The notes below the pieces were generated by a model, which had not been told where the DNA came from, did not search any database, and was given only the letters and a program-made list of their open reading frames with translations. From IMG/VR virus record IMGVR_UViG_3300032242_003291, positions 62,001 to 126,000 of that record: DNA of 64,000 bases; one strand, written 5' to 3'. This document shows positions 9,045 through 19,394 of this stretch, piece by piece. The position numbers were made by a program, and so were the translations under genes. Within the stretch, counting starts at the first letter, position 1; each line of letters starts with the position of its first letter.

Positions 9045-11747
9045 TTATATAAATTGTCCGTGATAATTTGATAAGTTGTATTCCAAACTTGTTATATTTT
9101 CCCCATCAATACAGTTACCCATTAATTCTAAAGTTACTACTGTACCGTTCGAAACTGCCCCATGTGCCGCAGTAAATCCTACATTAATAAATGTATATTC
9201 ATCAGGTACTGCAACCATAGTACCTCCTTTATATAATACGGCCTGAATGTAAACAGGATTAGAACCTACGGTTCCGTACCACGCAGCATTAGTTGTTATT
9301 GTGATTACATTTTGACTCGGATAGTCGTTTTTGAATTGAATTAAGTCGATTAAAACTGATTCAAACCCTACACCTGTATTATCTCCACCCCAAGTGAGGA
9401 TTGGAGCACCTGAAGGGTATTCAAAAGAACAACACCATCCTATATAATCAGAAAGATTATTTTGTCCAATATCAGGAACCGTAACTCTTGTCCTTGTATC
9501 TAAATCTGTTCCGTCATTGAATGCATATGTCACAACAATATAATCCGCATCAAACACAAAACCACCAGGTACAAAAGGTATTGGTGTTGGCGTTGGAGTT
9601 GGAGTAGATTCTGGTGTTTCACTTAATGTCACCGAAGGTGTTTGTGTTGGTGTTGGCGTAGGATTTTGAGTAGACCCAATAGACGGAGTTGGAGTTGGTG
9701 TTTCGGTATTTGTCGGTGTTAAAGTTGGTGTTGGCGTAGGATTTTGAGTAGACCCAATTGTTGGTGTTGGGGTTGGTGTTGGAGGACAATTATATAAATC
9801 ATATCCCAAGTCATTACAAGGTAACGACAGATAAATTAAATCATTACAAGGTAACGTTAGGTAATATATGTCATTACTAGGCGTCGTAACCCTACAGTTA
9901 GGACAATCAGGGTCTAAAAGATTATATCTATTTTTTAATATTCTGAAGTTATGTTTAACTTGGGATGCGTTTAATGGTTCGGTGTACATTCTGAATGCAC
10001 TAATATCACCAATTAAACTACCACCAAATATTTCTTCAAGTTTTATATGAGTTGTTAGACCAGAATAAATTGTGTGGTCTAAGTCATGTGTAGTTAAAGA
10101 TTCGGGGTCTTGTTGGTAAACAATATCATTAACGGTATCAGGACATCCTCCTGAAAAAGTTAAGTTGTCGTGAAGGCCTTGAGTACCACCCCCAACTGAA
10201 ATGTTATATCCAACACCAATTTGTTTTTCTTTTGGTGTATTCAATAATCTTGGAATGATTTCTTCAAAATTTTCAGCAACCATAAACAACTTACCGTTAA
10301 CATAAAACTTCAATGTTCCGAGTCTATATTTTTGTTCCTCAGTCCACATATCAGTAAATGTTACAATTTCAGTAGTTGCAGGGTTATAATCTTTTTCGTG
10401 TGTGATTGGAGGTTCAATTAAACTTACACTATTGTTGGCTGGCGTTGCAGTAAAAATTGTATCAACAATTAATCCAAGTCCACCTTTCATATTCAAATCA
10501 CAAGGGTCGAACCATTCATTTCTTTGAAATACTGCGTCAATCTGAACCCAATGTTCCACATTCACATATGGTGTTTTAATACAATTATCAAATATACCTC
10601 TTGTAGAACACCACTCACTCACAGTAGTTCCTGTTTCATACGTCAATCCTGTAAGACAAGTTCCACTTGTTTCACATCCTCCAGTCATTCTATATGTCTT
10701 AACACATAACCTTGGATTACCAGTTTCCCCACTCAATCTTAGAGATAGACCATTTGACATACCGTCAAATGTTGGGTCAGTTTCAGGATATTTCACTGTT
10801 GTAGAACAATTACAAGGACAACCACAACTACAATTTGTTGATGTTCCTCCTGATTGTTGATATACATCAATACAGCTATGCTCTGCGGTTTTTCCTGTTT
10901 GTTCACATTCACAAGTGTGCATACAAGTTAAACCTGAAGTTACCCTTGTATATCCCGTATCTTGTGACGGACTACCGTCAGGGTAGTGATAAAATTTATT
11001 TTCAGCACGAGCTCCTAAATAAAAAAACGTACCTTTATTTTCAGGATATCTTTTATTTAATCCGAAATCAGTATTACCTGTCCACCTATATCTTAACATG
11101 AATTCCGCAGTCCAACCAAGAGAAGGTCTCTGTGGATATATTTGATAATCATAACCAGGTAGTTTGTAAAACCCTTGATAAAATCCTCCTTCTAATCTTG
11201 AAAAATACCCAACTGAATCACTGTCGGTGTGGTATTCCAAAGTATAGTCATAAGACCCGTCATTCCATAATCTATTGTCTGAAGTTGTAAATCCTGTAAT
11301 AGGGTGCAACTTCATTCTTCTGTCGTATTTGTATCTACTATATGTGTCAGCAGATGATGTATATAGTCCTGTAGTTATTTCAATTGTTTCACCTGACATT
11401 TTTTTAACCAAACCATTGTCAATACCTGTTAAACCTACATCACATAATTCAGTTGTAATTGGACAAAAGTTTGGGTCAACATCAACAGGATTCCAATAAT
11501 TTTCAGAGACAATAATGTCGTTATCGAAACTACAAGAATTATCTTGACAAATCGTTGTTGCAGAGTTATTCAAGTCAAATTTGAATGGCATTCTATTACC
11601 ATCATTCTCTCCAATTAGAAGTGGCGAAAATACAACCTCTTGGTCATAATCTTTTTCATCAGATGCAAGACAAATGTCTGTTATTTCATTAACAGGTTTA
11701 AGACCCCACCTTCTGTAATTATATTGATTAATGTTTTGATATGCCAT
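9045..11747 (-). CDS. Large Cys-rich protein with LamG/ConA-like lectin-fold segment and Thr/Pro linker (putative virion protein)
   Basis: 900 aa; [46 protein letters not shown] are LamG-like motifs; PTPT linker near the C-terminus. Confidence 0.6.
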   Translation of the reverse strand: MAYQNINQYNYRRWGLKPVNEITDICLASDEKDYDQEVVFSPLLIGENDGNRMPFKFDLNNSATTICQDNSCSFDNDIIVSENYWNPVDVDPNFCPITTELCDVGLTGIDNGLVKKMSGETIEITTGLYTSSADTYSRYKYDRRMKLHPITGFTTSDNRLWNDGSYDYTLEYHTDSDSVGYFSRLEGGFYQGFYKLPGYDYQIYPQRPSLGWTAEFMLRYRWTGNTDFGLNKRYPENKGTFFYLGARAENKFYHYPDGSPSQDTGYTRVTSGLTCMHTCECEQTGKTAEHSCIDVYQQSGGTSTNCSCGCPCNCSTTVKYPETDPTFDGMSNGLSLRLSGETGNPRLCVKTYRMTGGCETSGTCLTGLTYETGTTVSEWCSTRGIFDNCIKTPYVNVEHWVQIDAVFQRNEWFDPCDLNMKGGLGLIVDTIFTATPANNSVSLIEPPITHEKDYNPATTEIVTFTDMWTEEQKYRLGTLKFYVNGKLFMVAENFEEIIPRLLNTPKEKQIGVGYNISVGGGTQGLHDNLTFSGGCPDTVNDIVYQQDPESLTTHDLDHTIYSGLTTHIKLEEIFGGSLIGDISAFRMYTEPLNASQVKHNFRILKNRYNLLDPDCPNCRVTTPSNDIYYLTLPCNDLIYLSLPCNDLGYDLYNCPPTPTPTPTIGSTQNPTPTPTLTPTNTETPTPTPSIGSTQNPTPTPTQTPSVTLSETPESTPTPTPTPIPFVPGGFVFDADYIVVTYAFNDGTDLDTRTRVTVPDIGQNNLSDYIGWCCSFEYPSGAPILTWGGDNTGVGFESVLIDLIQFKNDYPSQNVITITTNAAWYGTVGSNPVYIQAVLYKGGTMVAVPDEYTFINVGFTAAHGAVSNGTVVTLELMGNCIDGENITSLEYNLSNYHGQFI

Positions 11748-11756
11748 AAACTAATG

Positions 11757-11783
11757 ATAAATACCTTGTATCCGAGTATTTAT
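11757..11783. promoter_or_regulatory. Back-to-back putative late promoters (TATTTAT on each coding strand) at a divergent junction
   Basis: ATAAATA 11757-11763 serves the minus gene at 11747; TATTTAT 11777-11783 serves the plus gene at 11800. The same motif precedes at least 20 genes in the window. Confidence 0.65.
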
Positions 11784-11799
11784 AGATTAAAAAGAAGAG

Positions 11800-12630
11800 A
11801 TGATTACCACAGATAGAGAATTTTATTCATCACCATATTATTTTTTCCTTAGAGATAAGGGAAAAGATTATTCTTTATACTTCTCAGTTGAAGAAACTTT
11901 AACTGAAGCAAGAAAAAAAGATGAGATGATTAAAGTACCAAAAGATAAGGTTAAACATGTTAAAGCATATTTGGAAAAGTTATTGAAAGGAAAAAAGAAA
12001 AAATCCACGAAGGATATTTCTGGTGAATTAGAAGAACTTGTAAACTTAGATGGTGCAATGTCAAATAGTAAAATACCTATTTTAGACCCAGCACTTCACC
12101 CAAAGAAAACAATGGACCAAACAGTTGCTGCCGCAAGAATTACAAACGACCCTATCTCTCGTGGTTATAGAACTTATTATGGTGAATCTGTTGAAGAAGA
12201 AATGACAGAAATTGATATGTCTGGTGCGTTTGGATATGAAGAAACTGAAGACATGGATGGTAAAGAAACTTTCGATTACATGGTTAAGAAGTTAGACATG
12301 GACCCTGAAGAAGCTAAAGATAGAACAGAACAACAAGGTAAAGACCCATCAGGTAAAAGAGATAAAAAGTCAAAATATTTCAAGGACAAAAATTTCATAA
12401 CAAGAGCAACTTTATCTGAAATTCAAAAAATGAAGGCAATTAAAATGGTTGAAGATTTATTAACAAAAAAGAGTTCTGACAATTCTGAAGTAGGTAAAAA
12501 AGTGAATGCAGATAATATTGAAGAATTACCTTTATTAATCAGAAAAAATTTAAAGTCTCTATTAAGTCAAGTTGAGAAACACGGTTTTTCTAAAGAAGAC
12601 ATAATTAAACTTATTAAAAAAGGTGAATAA
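11800..12630 (+). CDS. Hypothetical phage protein (charged, probably late/virion)
   Basis: 276-aa ORF after TATTTAT; no recognised family. Confidence 0.7.
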   Translation: MITTDREFYSSPYYFFLRDKGKDYSLYFSVEETLTEARKKDEMIKVPKDKVKHVKAYLEKLLKGKKKKSTKDISGELEELVNLDGAMSNSKIPILDPALHPKKTMDQTVAAARITNDPISRGYRTYYGESVEEEMTEIDMSGAFGYEETEDMDGKETFDYMVKKLDMDPEEAKDRTEQQGKDPSGKRDKKSKYFKDKNFITRATLSEIQKMKAIKMVEDLLTKKSSDNSEVGKKVNADNIEELPLLIRKNLKSLLSQVEKHGFSKEDIIKLIKKGE

Positions 12631-13099
12631 AGATTTATATAGTTCGGCTAAAGGGGAAATAGAATTTCCTAAAGACAAACAAGAACATATGAGAAAGTGT
12701 TTTCATATGGTTAAGGGTGCGAATGAAAATACCGAAGGATTCAAGAGAAATAAAGAATTACAAGGTCAAAACTTTATCGATTACAAACAATTAAAAAGAA
12801 TTAAAAACTTTTTTGATAATTTCAAAGGAAATGAAAAACATCCTTCATTTATTTTGAATGGTGGAGTAGTTATCAAAAATTGGGTTAACGATGAGTTAAG
12901 AAAAATGAGAGATTATACCAAGATGACCAAAAGAAACAAGATGGATACTGGTATGCAAAATCAATTTATTAAGCCACATGAAAAAAAGGTATTCCATAAT
13001 GTGAGACCTTCTCAAGAACATTCAAAAACTGTTGATAAATATAATGCGGCAGTTACTGAAAGTTTAATAAGAATAAACGAAATAATGTCAAAATTGTAA
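12623..13099 (+). CDS. Hypothetical phage protein
   Basis: 158-aa ORF overlapping the upstream stop. Confidence 0.7.
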   Translation: MNKDLYSSAKGEIEFPKDKQEHMRKCFHMVKGANENTEGFKRNKELQGQNFIDYKQLKRIKNFFDNFKGNEKHPSFILNGGVVIKNWVNDELRKMRDYTKMTKRNKMDTGMQNQFIKPHEKKVFHNVRPSQEHSKTVDKYNAAVTESLIRINEIMSKL

Positions 13100-13102
13100 T
13101 TT

Positions 13103-13402
13103 ATGGCAAATGAAATAGCAATCGATTTATCGCAAAACATTGCAAACTCACTTACAGCATATGCTGATGCTGAGAGAGCTAAGTTAATCCCTAAAAACGA
13201 CTACAACGCAGTTGGTAATCAATATTCAGATGTGAATAAGGATGCTGTAGCTGACGGAGACTCTATGGGTAGAGGTACAGGAGCGTTTTTAGATGTTTAC
13301 AATGTAAACGCTGGTACTATCGATGATATAGTAGAAAGAAAAAACGAAATTAAAATTAACCCTTACAATTCATCAAAACCTTATCCAAACTTCACACCAT
13401 AA
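13103..13402 (+). CDS. Hypothetical phage protein
   Basis: 99-aa ORF in a tight operon. Confidence 0.65.
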   Translation: MANEIAIDLSQNIANSLTAYADAERAKLIPKNDYNAVGNQYSDVNKDAVADGDSMGRGTGAFLDVYNVNAGTIDDIVERKNEIKINPYNSSKPYPNFTP

Positions 13403-13827
13403 TGAAACTGAACGGTACCTTAAAATCTTTAATTTGTGAAATCGCTTCTATTGATAGTGTACAAAGTGCTGTCAATAATAGAAACGTTGCAATCATAAAT
13501 TATGATGGTGATGAACCAGGTGGAAAAGGTATTCGTGAAGTTGAACCAGTTGCTTTGGGTAAAAGTAAGGCGGGAAATTTAGTGATGAGAGCATGGGACC
13601 GTGAAGGTGCTTCTCACACTGGTTATAAAGGTGAACAACCATTACCTGGTTGGAGGTTGTTTAGATTAGATAAAATCTTATCGTTCAAACCCACTGGTGA
13701 GATTTACAATGAAGTAAGACCAGGTTATAATTCAAATGGAGACAGGAGTATGGTGAGCGTTATTACTATTGCAAAATTTAATAATACTCCAACACCAAGT
13801 CCAACACCTCCACCACAAAACGTATAA
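13402..13827 (+). CDS. Stand-alone WYL-like domain protein
   Basis: INY...IREVEPVALG...MRAWD...WRLFRLDKI pattern of the WYL SH3-like fold. Confidence 0.6.
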   Translation: MKLNGTLKSLICEIASIDSVQSAVNNRNVAIINYDGDEPGGKGIREVEPVALGKSKAGNLVMRAWDREGASHTGYKGEQPLPGWRLFRLDKILSFKPTGEIYNEVRPGYNSNGDRSMVSVITIAKFNNTPTPSPTPPPQNV

Positions 13828-13828
13828 T

Positions 13829-14455
13829 ATGGAAGATTTAATGTCAAAATTAGTTAATGCCAAAGCAATAATGAATGCTATGGACACTAAACCAAGAGGT
13901 TCATCTCAAGGAGGATTTCCTCAGGAGTCAATTCAACAGTTTGATGTACCTAGTGCAAAATATAATATTCCTCAAGAATTTTTACAAGAACAACCATCTC
14001 AACAAATGCAACCTTATTTGTCTCAAGTACCAAGAGAGAATACAAAACCTGTTGGACAACCAACCGTAGATGCAATTAAGAATTCAAAATTACCTGATGA
14101 AATTAAAAGACTAATGATGGAACATCCAATTGCACAACCAGCGTCTGCAGCAGGTGGAGCAACTTTATCAGATGAATTAGTTGAAAAAGCGTCAAGATTA
14201 ATGAGAGGAGATTCAAATAATTATATCCCTGAATCCGCAACACCAAAAACTCAAAAACAATCTGCCCCAACACAATCCAACTCTCCAATAGATTATAAAT
14301 TAATTAAAAGAATGATTAGAGAGGCGGTTGATGAAGCATTACAAGAAAATGGTTTATTAACTGAAACTAGTGAAAAGGCGAATGAAATGTTATCCTTTAA
14401 AGTTGGTAAACATGTTTTTGAAGGTAAAGTAACAAAAATCAAAAAGTTAGTCTAA
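13829..14455 (+). CDS. Hypothetical phage protein (Gln/Pro-rich)
   Basis: Start reassigned to MEDLMSK at 13829, immediately after the upstream stop. Confidence 0.65.
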   Translation: MEDLMSKLVNAKAIMNAMDTKPRGSSQGGFPQESIQQFDVPSAKYNIPQEFLQEQPSQQMQPYLSQVPRENTKPVGQPTVDAIKNSKLPDEIKRLMMEHPIAQPASAAGGATLSDELVEKASRLMRGDSNNYIPESATPKTQKQSAPTQSNSPIDYKLIKRMIREAVDEALQENGLLTETSEKANEMLSFKVGKHVFEGKVTKIKKLV

Positions 14456-14510
14456 GTAGTTTTCTTATTCGACATAAGTTATTATATTTCATTAAATATA
14501 TTAATAATTT

Positions 14511-15722
14511 ATGTCAAAAATCAATGTACTAGTAGTTCCTTCCGACAGAACAGGTGTTGGTAAATTTAGGTCTGTAGACCCTCACATCTTCCTTCAATCA
14601 TTATATCCTGATGATTTTCATGTGGATATTATTTATGATTTCTCATATGACGATTTAGAGTTTTTCAAAAAATATCAAATAGTTTCTTTCCACAGAAGTA
14701 TTGGTCCTGATTTTGAAAGAGCACACGATTTAATTATAAAATTAAATAATCTTGGTATTGCCACTGTCGGAGATATCGATGATTATTGGATGCCAGGTAA
14801 AGAACACCCAATTCACGACATCATCAGATTTAACAAAATCAATGAGAAAATTATCGCAAACCTAAAGGTTACGAAATACGTTACAACAACTACGTCATTA
14901 TTTGCTGATGAAATAATGAAAATGAATAAAAATGTTGTTGTATTTCCTAACGCAATTAATCCAAAAGAATCTCAATTTAGAGAGCCGACTCCTGAATCTG
15001 ATAGATTAAGAATTGGATGGTTAGGTGGTTCGTCTCATCTTCACGACTTAGAATTGTTAGACCAATCTTTTAGTAAATTAACATCATATAGTGATAAACT
15101 ACAATATGTTTTATGTGGATTCGATACAAGAGGAACTGTTACTGAAATTAATCAACAAACAGGAGAACATACAAAAAGAAACATTACACCTCAAGAAACT
15201 GTTTGGGCTCAATATGAAAGTATTTTTACTCAGAAATATTCAACGATATCTGAAGACTACAAAAAATATTTACAAAAATATATTCAAGAACCATATCCAA
15301 ATGAGAATAATGAGGCATATTCAAGAGTATGGACAAAACCAGTTCAATCTTATGCTAAGAATTATTCTAAATTTGATGTATCTTTAGCACCAATCAAAAA
15401 TCATATGTTTAATAGAATGAAGTCTCAATTAAAAGTAATTGAAGCAGGTTTCTATAAAAAAGCACTAATCGCATCAAATGTTGGTCCATATACCATAGAT
15501 TTAAAACATTGTTTACAAAATGGTAATTTTGTTGATGGTAATGCGTTATTAGTCGATGAAAATAGAAATCATAGTGATTGGGCTAAATTCATCGAAAAGT
15601 TAATCAAAAACCCAAATATGGTTACTGATATGGGTGAAAGATTATATGAAACAGTCAAAGACACATATGACTTAAATGTTGTAACGAAAGCAAGAGCAGA
15701 ATTTTATAAATCAATTGTATGA
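14511..15722 (+). CDS. GT4-like (GT-B fold) glycosyltransferase
   Basis: DIDDYW, RIGWLGGSSH, FDVSLAP, KSQLKVIEAG, ALIASNVGPY. Confidence 0.8.
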   Translation: MSKINVLVVPSDRTGVGKFRSVDPHIFLQSLYPDDFHVDIIYDFSYDDLEFFKKYQIVSFHRSIGPDFERAHDLIIKLNNLGIATVGDIDDYWMPGKEHPIHDIIRFNKINEKIIANLKVTKYVTTTTSLFADEIMKMNKNVVVFPNAINPKESQFREPTPESDRLRIGWLGGSSHLHDLELLDQSFSKLTSYSDKLQYVLCGFDTRGTVTEINQQTGEHTKRNITPQETVWAQYESIFTQKYSTISEDYKKYLQKYIQEPYPNENNEAYSRVWTKPVQSYAKNYSKFDVSLAPIKNHMFNRMKSQLKVIEAGFYKKALIASNVGPYTIDLKHCLQNGNFVDGNALLVDENRNHSDWAKFIEKLIKNPNMVTDMGERLYETVKDTYDLNVVTKARAEFYKSIV

Positions 15723-16420
15723 TAAATGTACCATTAACAAAAATTTTATTCTTAGATATCGAAACAGTTGGTTGCGAATCCAATTGGGAAAATTTTAAGA
15801 AAAATAAAAAGGAACTTTCATTCCAATTTGAACATATCCAAGATAACCTCAGGAAACGATTTCCTGAGGAATCTGAAACTCCTATTGACCAATTATTTGT
15901 GAATAGGGCGGCATTAGTTCCTGAATTCTTAAAGATAGTTTGTGTTAGCGTTGCATTTGTTATGGATGATGGTAGTGTTAAATTACAATCATTTCATAGT
16001 GAAGATGAAGGAAAATTACTTCAAGACGTACAAAAATTATTGAATCGTACAGGAGACTTAGGTTTTTTCTTGTGCGGACACAATGTTAAAGGATTTGATA
16101 TTCCAACACTAGCGAAACGTATGATGATGTACGGATTAGAACCACCTAAGTTGTTACCAAGTTATGATACTAAACCTTGGGAGGTTAAGGCCATTGATAC
16201 TAAAGATATATGGCAATATGGTGGGTATGGTCAGTTCGCATCTCTTGAACTAATGTGTGTGTGTATGGGTGTTGAATCATCTAAGAATACAGAGGTTACT
16301 GGTAATCGAGTTCATGAAGCGTACTGGGTTGATAAAAATATTGAAGGTATTGTAAAGTACTGTGAGAAAGATGTTATAGTTCTAATTGACATAATAAAAA
16401 AATTAAAAAAACTAAAATAA
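15719..16420 (+). CDS. DEDD 3'-5' exonuclease (PolB-exo-related)
   Basis: LFLDIET, CGHNVKGFDIP, YCEKDV. Confidence 0.8.
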   Translation: MINVPLTKILFLDIETVGCESNWENFKKNKKELSFQFEHIQDNLRKRFPEESETPIDQLFVNRAALVPEFLKIVCVSVAFVMDDGSVKLQSFHSEDEGKLLQDVQKLLNRTGDLGFFLCGHNVKGFDIPTLAKRMMMYGLEPPKLLPSYDTKPWEVKAIDTKDIWQYGGYGQFASLELMCVCMGVESSKNTEVTGNRVHEAYWVDKNIEGIVKYCEKDVIVLIDIIKKLKKLK

Positions 16421-17046
16421 TGCTCCAATTAAATAATGTGAAAGATTCCGAACTATGGAATCAAATACAAGAACAATTTGAAAAATTAAAGAAAGATGCT
16501 GGTATTGAACCAGATGCTGATTACCAAAAAGAACTCGAAGAACTTTTGGGTATATCTGAAGATGAGCTTCGAGAAATGGATGGTCAAACTAAAACTATGT
16601 TATCAACAAAAAAAATTCAAGTAGAATCTATAAATGAGTTAGCAGTACTTCCAAAGTACGCATATCCAACCGATTCAGGATTTGATTTACATTCTGTCGT
16701 AGATTACACATTACCTCCATTAGGAAGAGCAATAATTCCAACAGGAATAAAAGTATCTTTCAGTGAGGGAATTGAATTACAAATTAGACCTAAAAGTGGA
16801 TTAGCAATCAACCAAGGGATTACCGTATTGAATACACCAGGAACTGTCGATGCTGGTTACACAGGTGAAATTAAGGTAATTGTATTTAACTCAAACAATT
16901 ATGATTACACCATAACAAAAGGAATGAAAATTGCACAAGGTGTTTTTGCACCTGTCTTCAATGGTAGAGTCATAAGTTTTGAAATGGTAGATAAGGTTGA
17001 AAATAAAGATAGAGGTGAAAATGGATTTGGTAGTACAGGAATTTAA
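16420..17046 (+). CDS. dut: Trimeric dUTPase with N-terminal extension
   Basis: SGFDL, RPKSGLA, GTVDAGYTGEI, IAQGV, RGENGFGSTG motifs I-V. Confidence 0.93.
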   Translation: MLQLNNVKDSELWNQIQEQFEKLKKDAGIEPDADYQKELEELLGISEDELREMDGQTKTMLSTKKIQVESINELAVLPKYAYPTDSGFDLHSVVDYTLPPLGRAIIPTGIKVSFSEGIELQIRPKSGLAINQGITVLNTPGTVDAGYTGEIKVIVFNSNNYDYTITKGMKIAQGVFAPVFNGRVISFEMVDKVENKDRGENGFGSTGI

Positions 17047-17058
17047 AAAATTAAAATA

Positions 17059-18687
17059 ATGTTAACAGTAGCATACTCAACAAGAGAATCGAAACCTGAA
17101 TTTATAGAATACTTGAAAAAAAGTTCAGGACAAAAAAAAATAGAAGTAATTGAAAAAGTGAACAAGGGAGATAAGTCTCTTGCACAGGTATATAATGAAG
17201 TTTTGTCTGAAGCGACGACTGACATAATTGTTTTTTGTCATGACGACATTTATTTTGATACAAATGGTTGGTACCATAAATTAATCAAACATTTTGAAAA
17301 ATCTGATTACGGTATTATTGGAATGGCGGGAACTACTTCTATGCCTGCAAGTGGTAAATGGTGGGAAGATAGAAAAAAAATGATAGGTATTGTTAACCAT
17401 GAACACGAAGGAAAAAAGTGGGAGTCAAAGTATTCAGAATCATTAAATAACTCAATTGAACAAACAGTCATTGTCGATGGTCTCTTTATTGCTGTAGACA
17501 GAAAAAAACTTAAAAAGAACTTCAATGAGGACTTCAAAGGGTTTCACTTCTACGATATACCATTTTGTTTTGAAAACCATTTAGAAGGTGTTAAAATAGG
17601 TGTAATTACAAATATTAGACTGACACATAAATCTATTGGACAAACTAATGAGCAATGGGAAATTAATAGGCAATTATTTGAAGAAAAATATAAAGATAGT
17701 CTTCCATTTAAATTACCAATTAATCCAAACAAAAGACTCAAGATTTTAATCTCTTGTTTATTCTTTAGAACATTTACAGGCTCTGAATTATATGTTTATG
17801 AATTAGCCAAAAATTTAATTAATATGAATTGTGATGTTACCATCGTATCTCAAATAGGTGGACCATTAACAGACATGGCAAAAAGATTAGGTATAAAATG
17901 TTTAAGCTTTGAACAATCACCAGGGTTCAAACTTGGAGATGGTGTGTGGGGATTTAATACACCTGAAGGATTCAAGGCTTCGACTGAAAATGTAATGTAT
18001 AGAGTTTCTGAAGTTAATTTCGATTTAATTCATATTCAACATAAACCTGTTGCAGAAAGAATGATTCAATTTTATCCTGAAATAGATAAAATCTACTCAA
18101 TACATTCTGAAGTGATTGAATTAGAAGACCCAATTAAACATGAGTCAATTAAAAAATACATAGCAATAAGACCAGAAATTAAAGATTATATGATTAATGA
18201 ATTTCAAATACCTGAAGAAGATATTGAAATCATATACAATCCTGTTGATAACGAAAAATTCAAACCAAGAAAAGTTAATGAACAAAATGCTCTTTTGTTT
18301 GTTGGTACAATCGATTATTTAAGAAGAGAAACAATTTTAGATTTAATTGATTATACAAAAGAAAATGGTAAAGAATTATGGTTAATGGGTGAAGATAAAC
18401 AAAATTATTTACCTTCATTACTTACACAACCACATATAAAACATTTTAAGTCATCTTGGAATGTTGAAAAACTAATGAATGAGTGTAATGAAACAGCAGG
18501 AATTCAATTAGGTAGAACAACAATTGAAAGTTGGTTATCAGGAAAACCAAGTTGGATTTATAAAGTAGATTCCACAGGATTAATTCAATCGAAAGAAAAA
18601 TTTGACCCTCCAACAGATGTTGAAAAATATTACGCTGAAAATGTTACCAAACAAATCAAAGAACAATATTTCAAAATCCTTTCATGA
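17059..18687 (+). CDS. Bifunctional glycosyltransferase: GT2-like (GT-A) fused to GT4-like (GT-B)
   Basis: VFCHDD, IVDGLFIA, FHFYD in the N-half; FTGSELYVYELA, IYNPVD, GRTTIES in the C-half. Confidence 0.72.
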   Translation: MLTVAYSTRESKPEFIEYLKKSSGQKKIEVIEKVNKGDKSLAQVYNEVLSEATTDIIVFCHDDIYFDTNGWYHKLIKHFEKSDYGIIGMAGTTSMPASGKWWEDRKKMIGIVNHEHEGKKWESKYSESLNNSIEQTVIVDGLFIAVDRKKLKKNFNEDFKGFHFYDIPFCFENHLEGVKIGVITNIRLTHKSIGQTNEQWEINRQLFEEKYKDSLPFKLPINPNKRLKILISCLFFRTFTGSELYVYELAKNLINMNCDVTIVSQIGGPLTDMAKRLGIKCLSFEQSPGFKLGDGVWGFNTPEGFKASTENVMYRVSEVNFDLIHIQHKPVAERMIQFYPEIDKIYSIHSEVIELEDPIKHESIKKYIAIRPEIKDYMINEFQIPEEDIEIIYNPVDNEKFKPRKVNEQNALLFVGTIDYLRRETILDLIDYTKENGKELWLMGEDKQNYLPSLLTQPHIKHFKSSWNVEKLMNECNETAGIQLGRTTIESWLSGKPSWIYKVDSTGLIQSKEKFDPPTDVEKYYAENVTKQIKEQYFKILS

Positions 18688-19394
18688 TTATTTTAACAAC
18701 AACATATAATTGTGCTCAATACGTGGAAAGATGTTTGTTGAGTATAATGTCTCAAAGATTCAAAGACTTTACTTGTTATATTACTGATGATTTATCAACA
18801 GACAATACAAGAGAAGTAGTCAAAAAGACTATTGAAGGTGACCCAAGATTTATTTTAATCGAAAATCACATAAAACTTTACCAACCTGGAAATTACGACC
18901 AAATTATTAATTGGAGAGGAATTCCTGGTGAAGAAATTTGTGTTGAAGTTGATGGTGATGATTGGTTACCTAATCCAAGTGTGTTCGATATAATTAACGA
19001 TACATATAAAGATGAAAACGTTTGGATGACAAGTGGTTCATTTAAGTATCATGATGGTAGACAAGGATTTGCAAATCCACCAACAAAATTTACAGATGTA
19101 AGAAAACAAACATTCACATTATCTCATTTGAGAACATGGAAATCGTGGTTATGGAAAAAAATTAAAGAAGAAGATTTGAAAGATGAAAATGGAAATTATT
19201 GGGACGTTGCAGGAGATTTATCATTCATGTTCCCGATGTTTGAAATGTCAGGTGAAGAACATTATAGATTCTTACCAAACATAAATTATATTTATAATGA
19301 ATCTAATCCAATCAATGACCACAAGGTTAATATGAGTAATGTAATTCAAACGGTTAATAAGATTAGAAATAAACAACCATATAAAAAAATTTAA
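18684..19394 (+). CDS. GT2 family glycosyltransferase
   Basis: ILTTTYN, ITDDLSTD, VEVDGDDWL, HLRTW. Confidence 0.78.
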   Translation: MIILTTTYNCAQYVERCLLSIMSQRFKDFTCYITDDLSTDNTREVVKKTIEGDPRFILIENHIKLYQPGNYDQIINWRGIPGEEICVEVDGDDWLPNPSVFDIINDTYKDENVWMTSGSFKYHDGRQGFANPPTKFTDVRKQTFTLSHLRTWKSWLWKKIKEEDLKDENGNYWDVAGDLSFMFPMFEMSGEEHYRFLPNINYIYNESNPINDHKVNMSNVIQTVNKIRNKQPYKKI

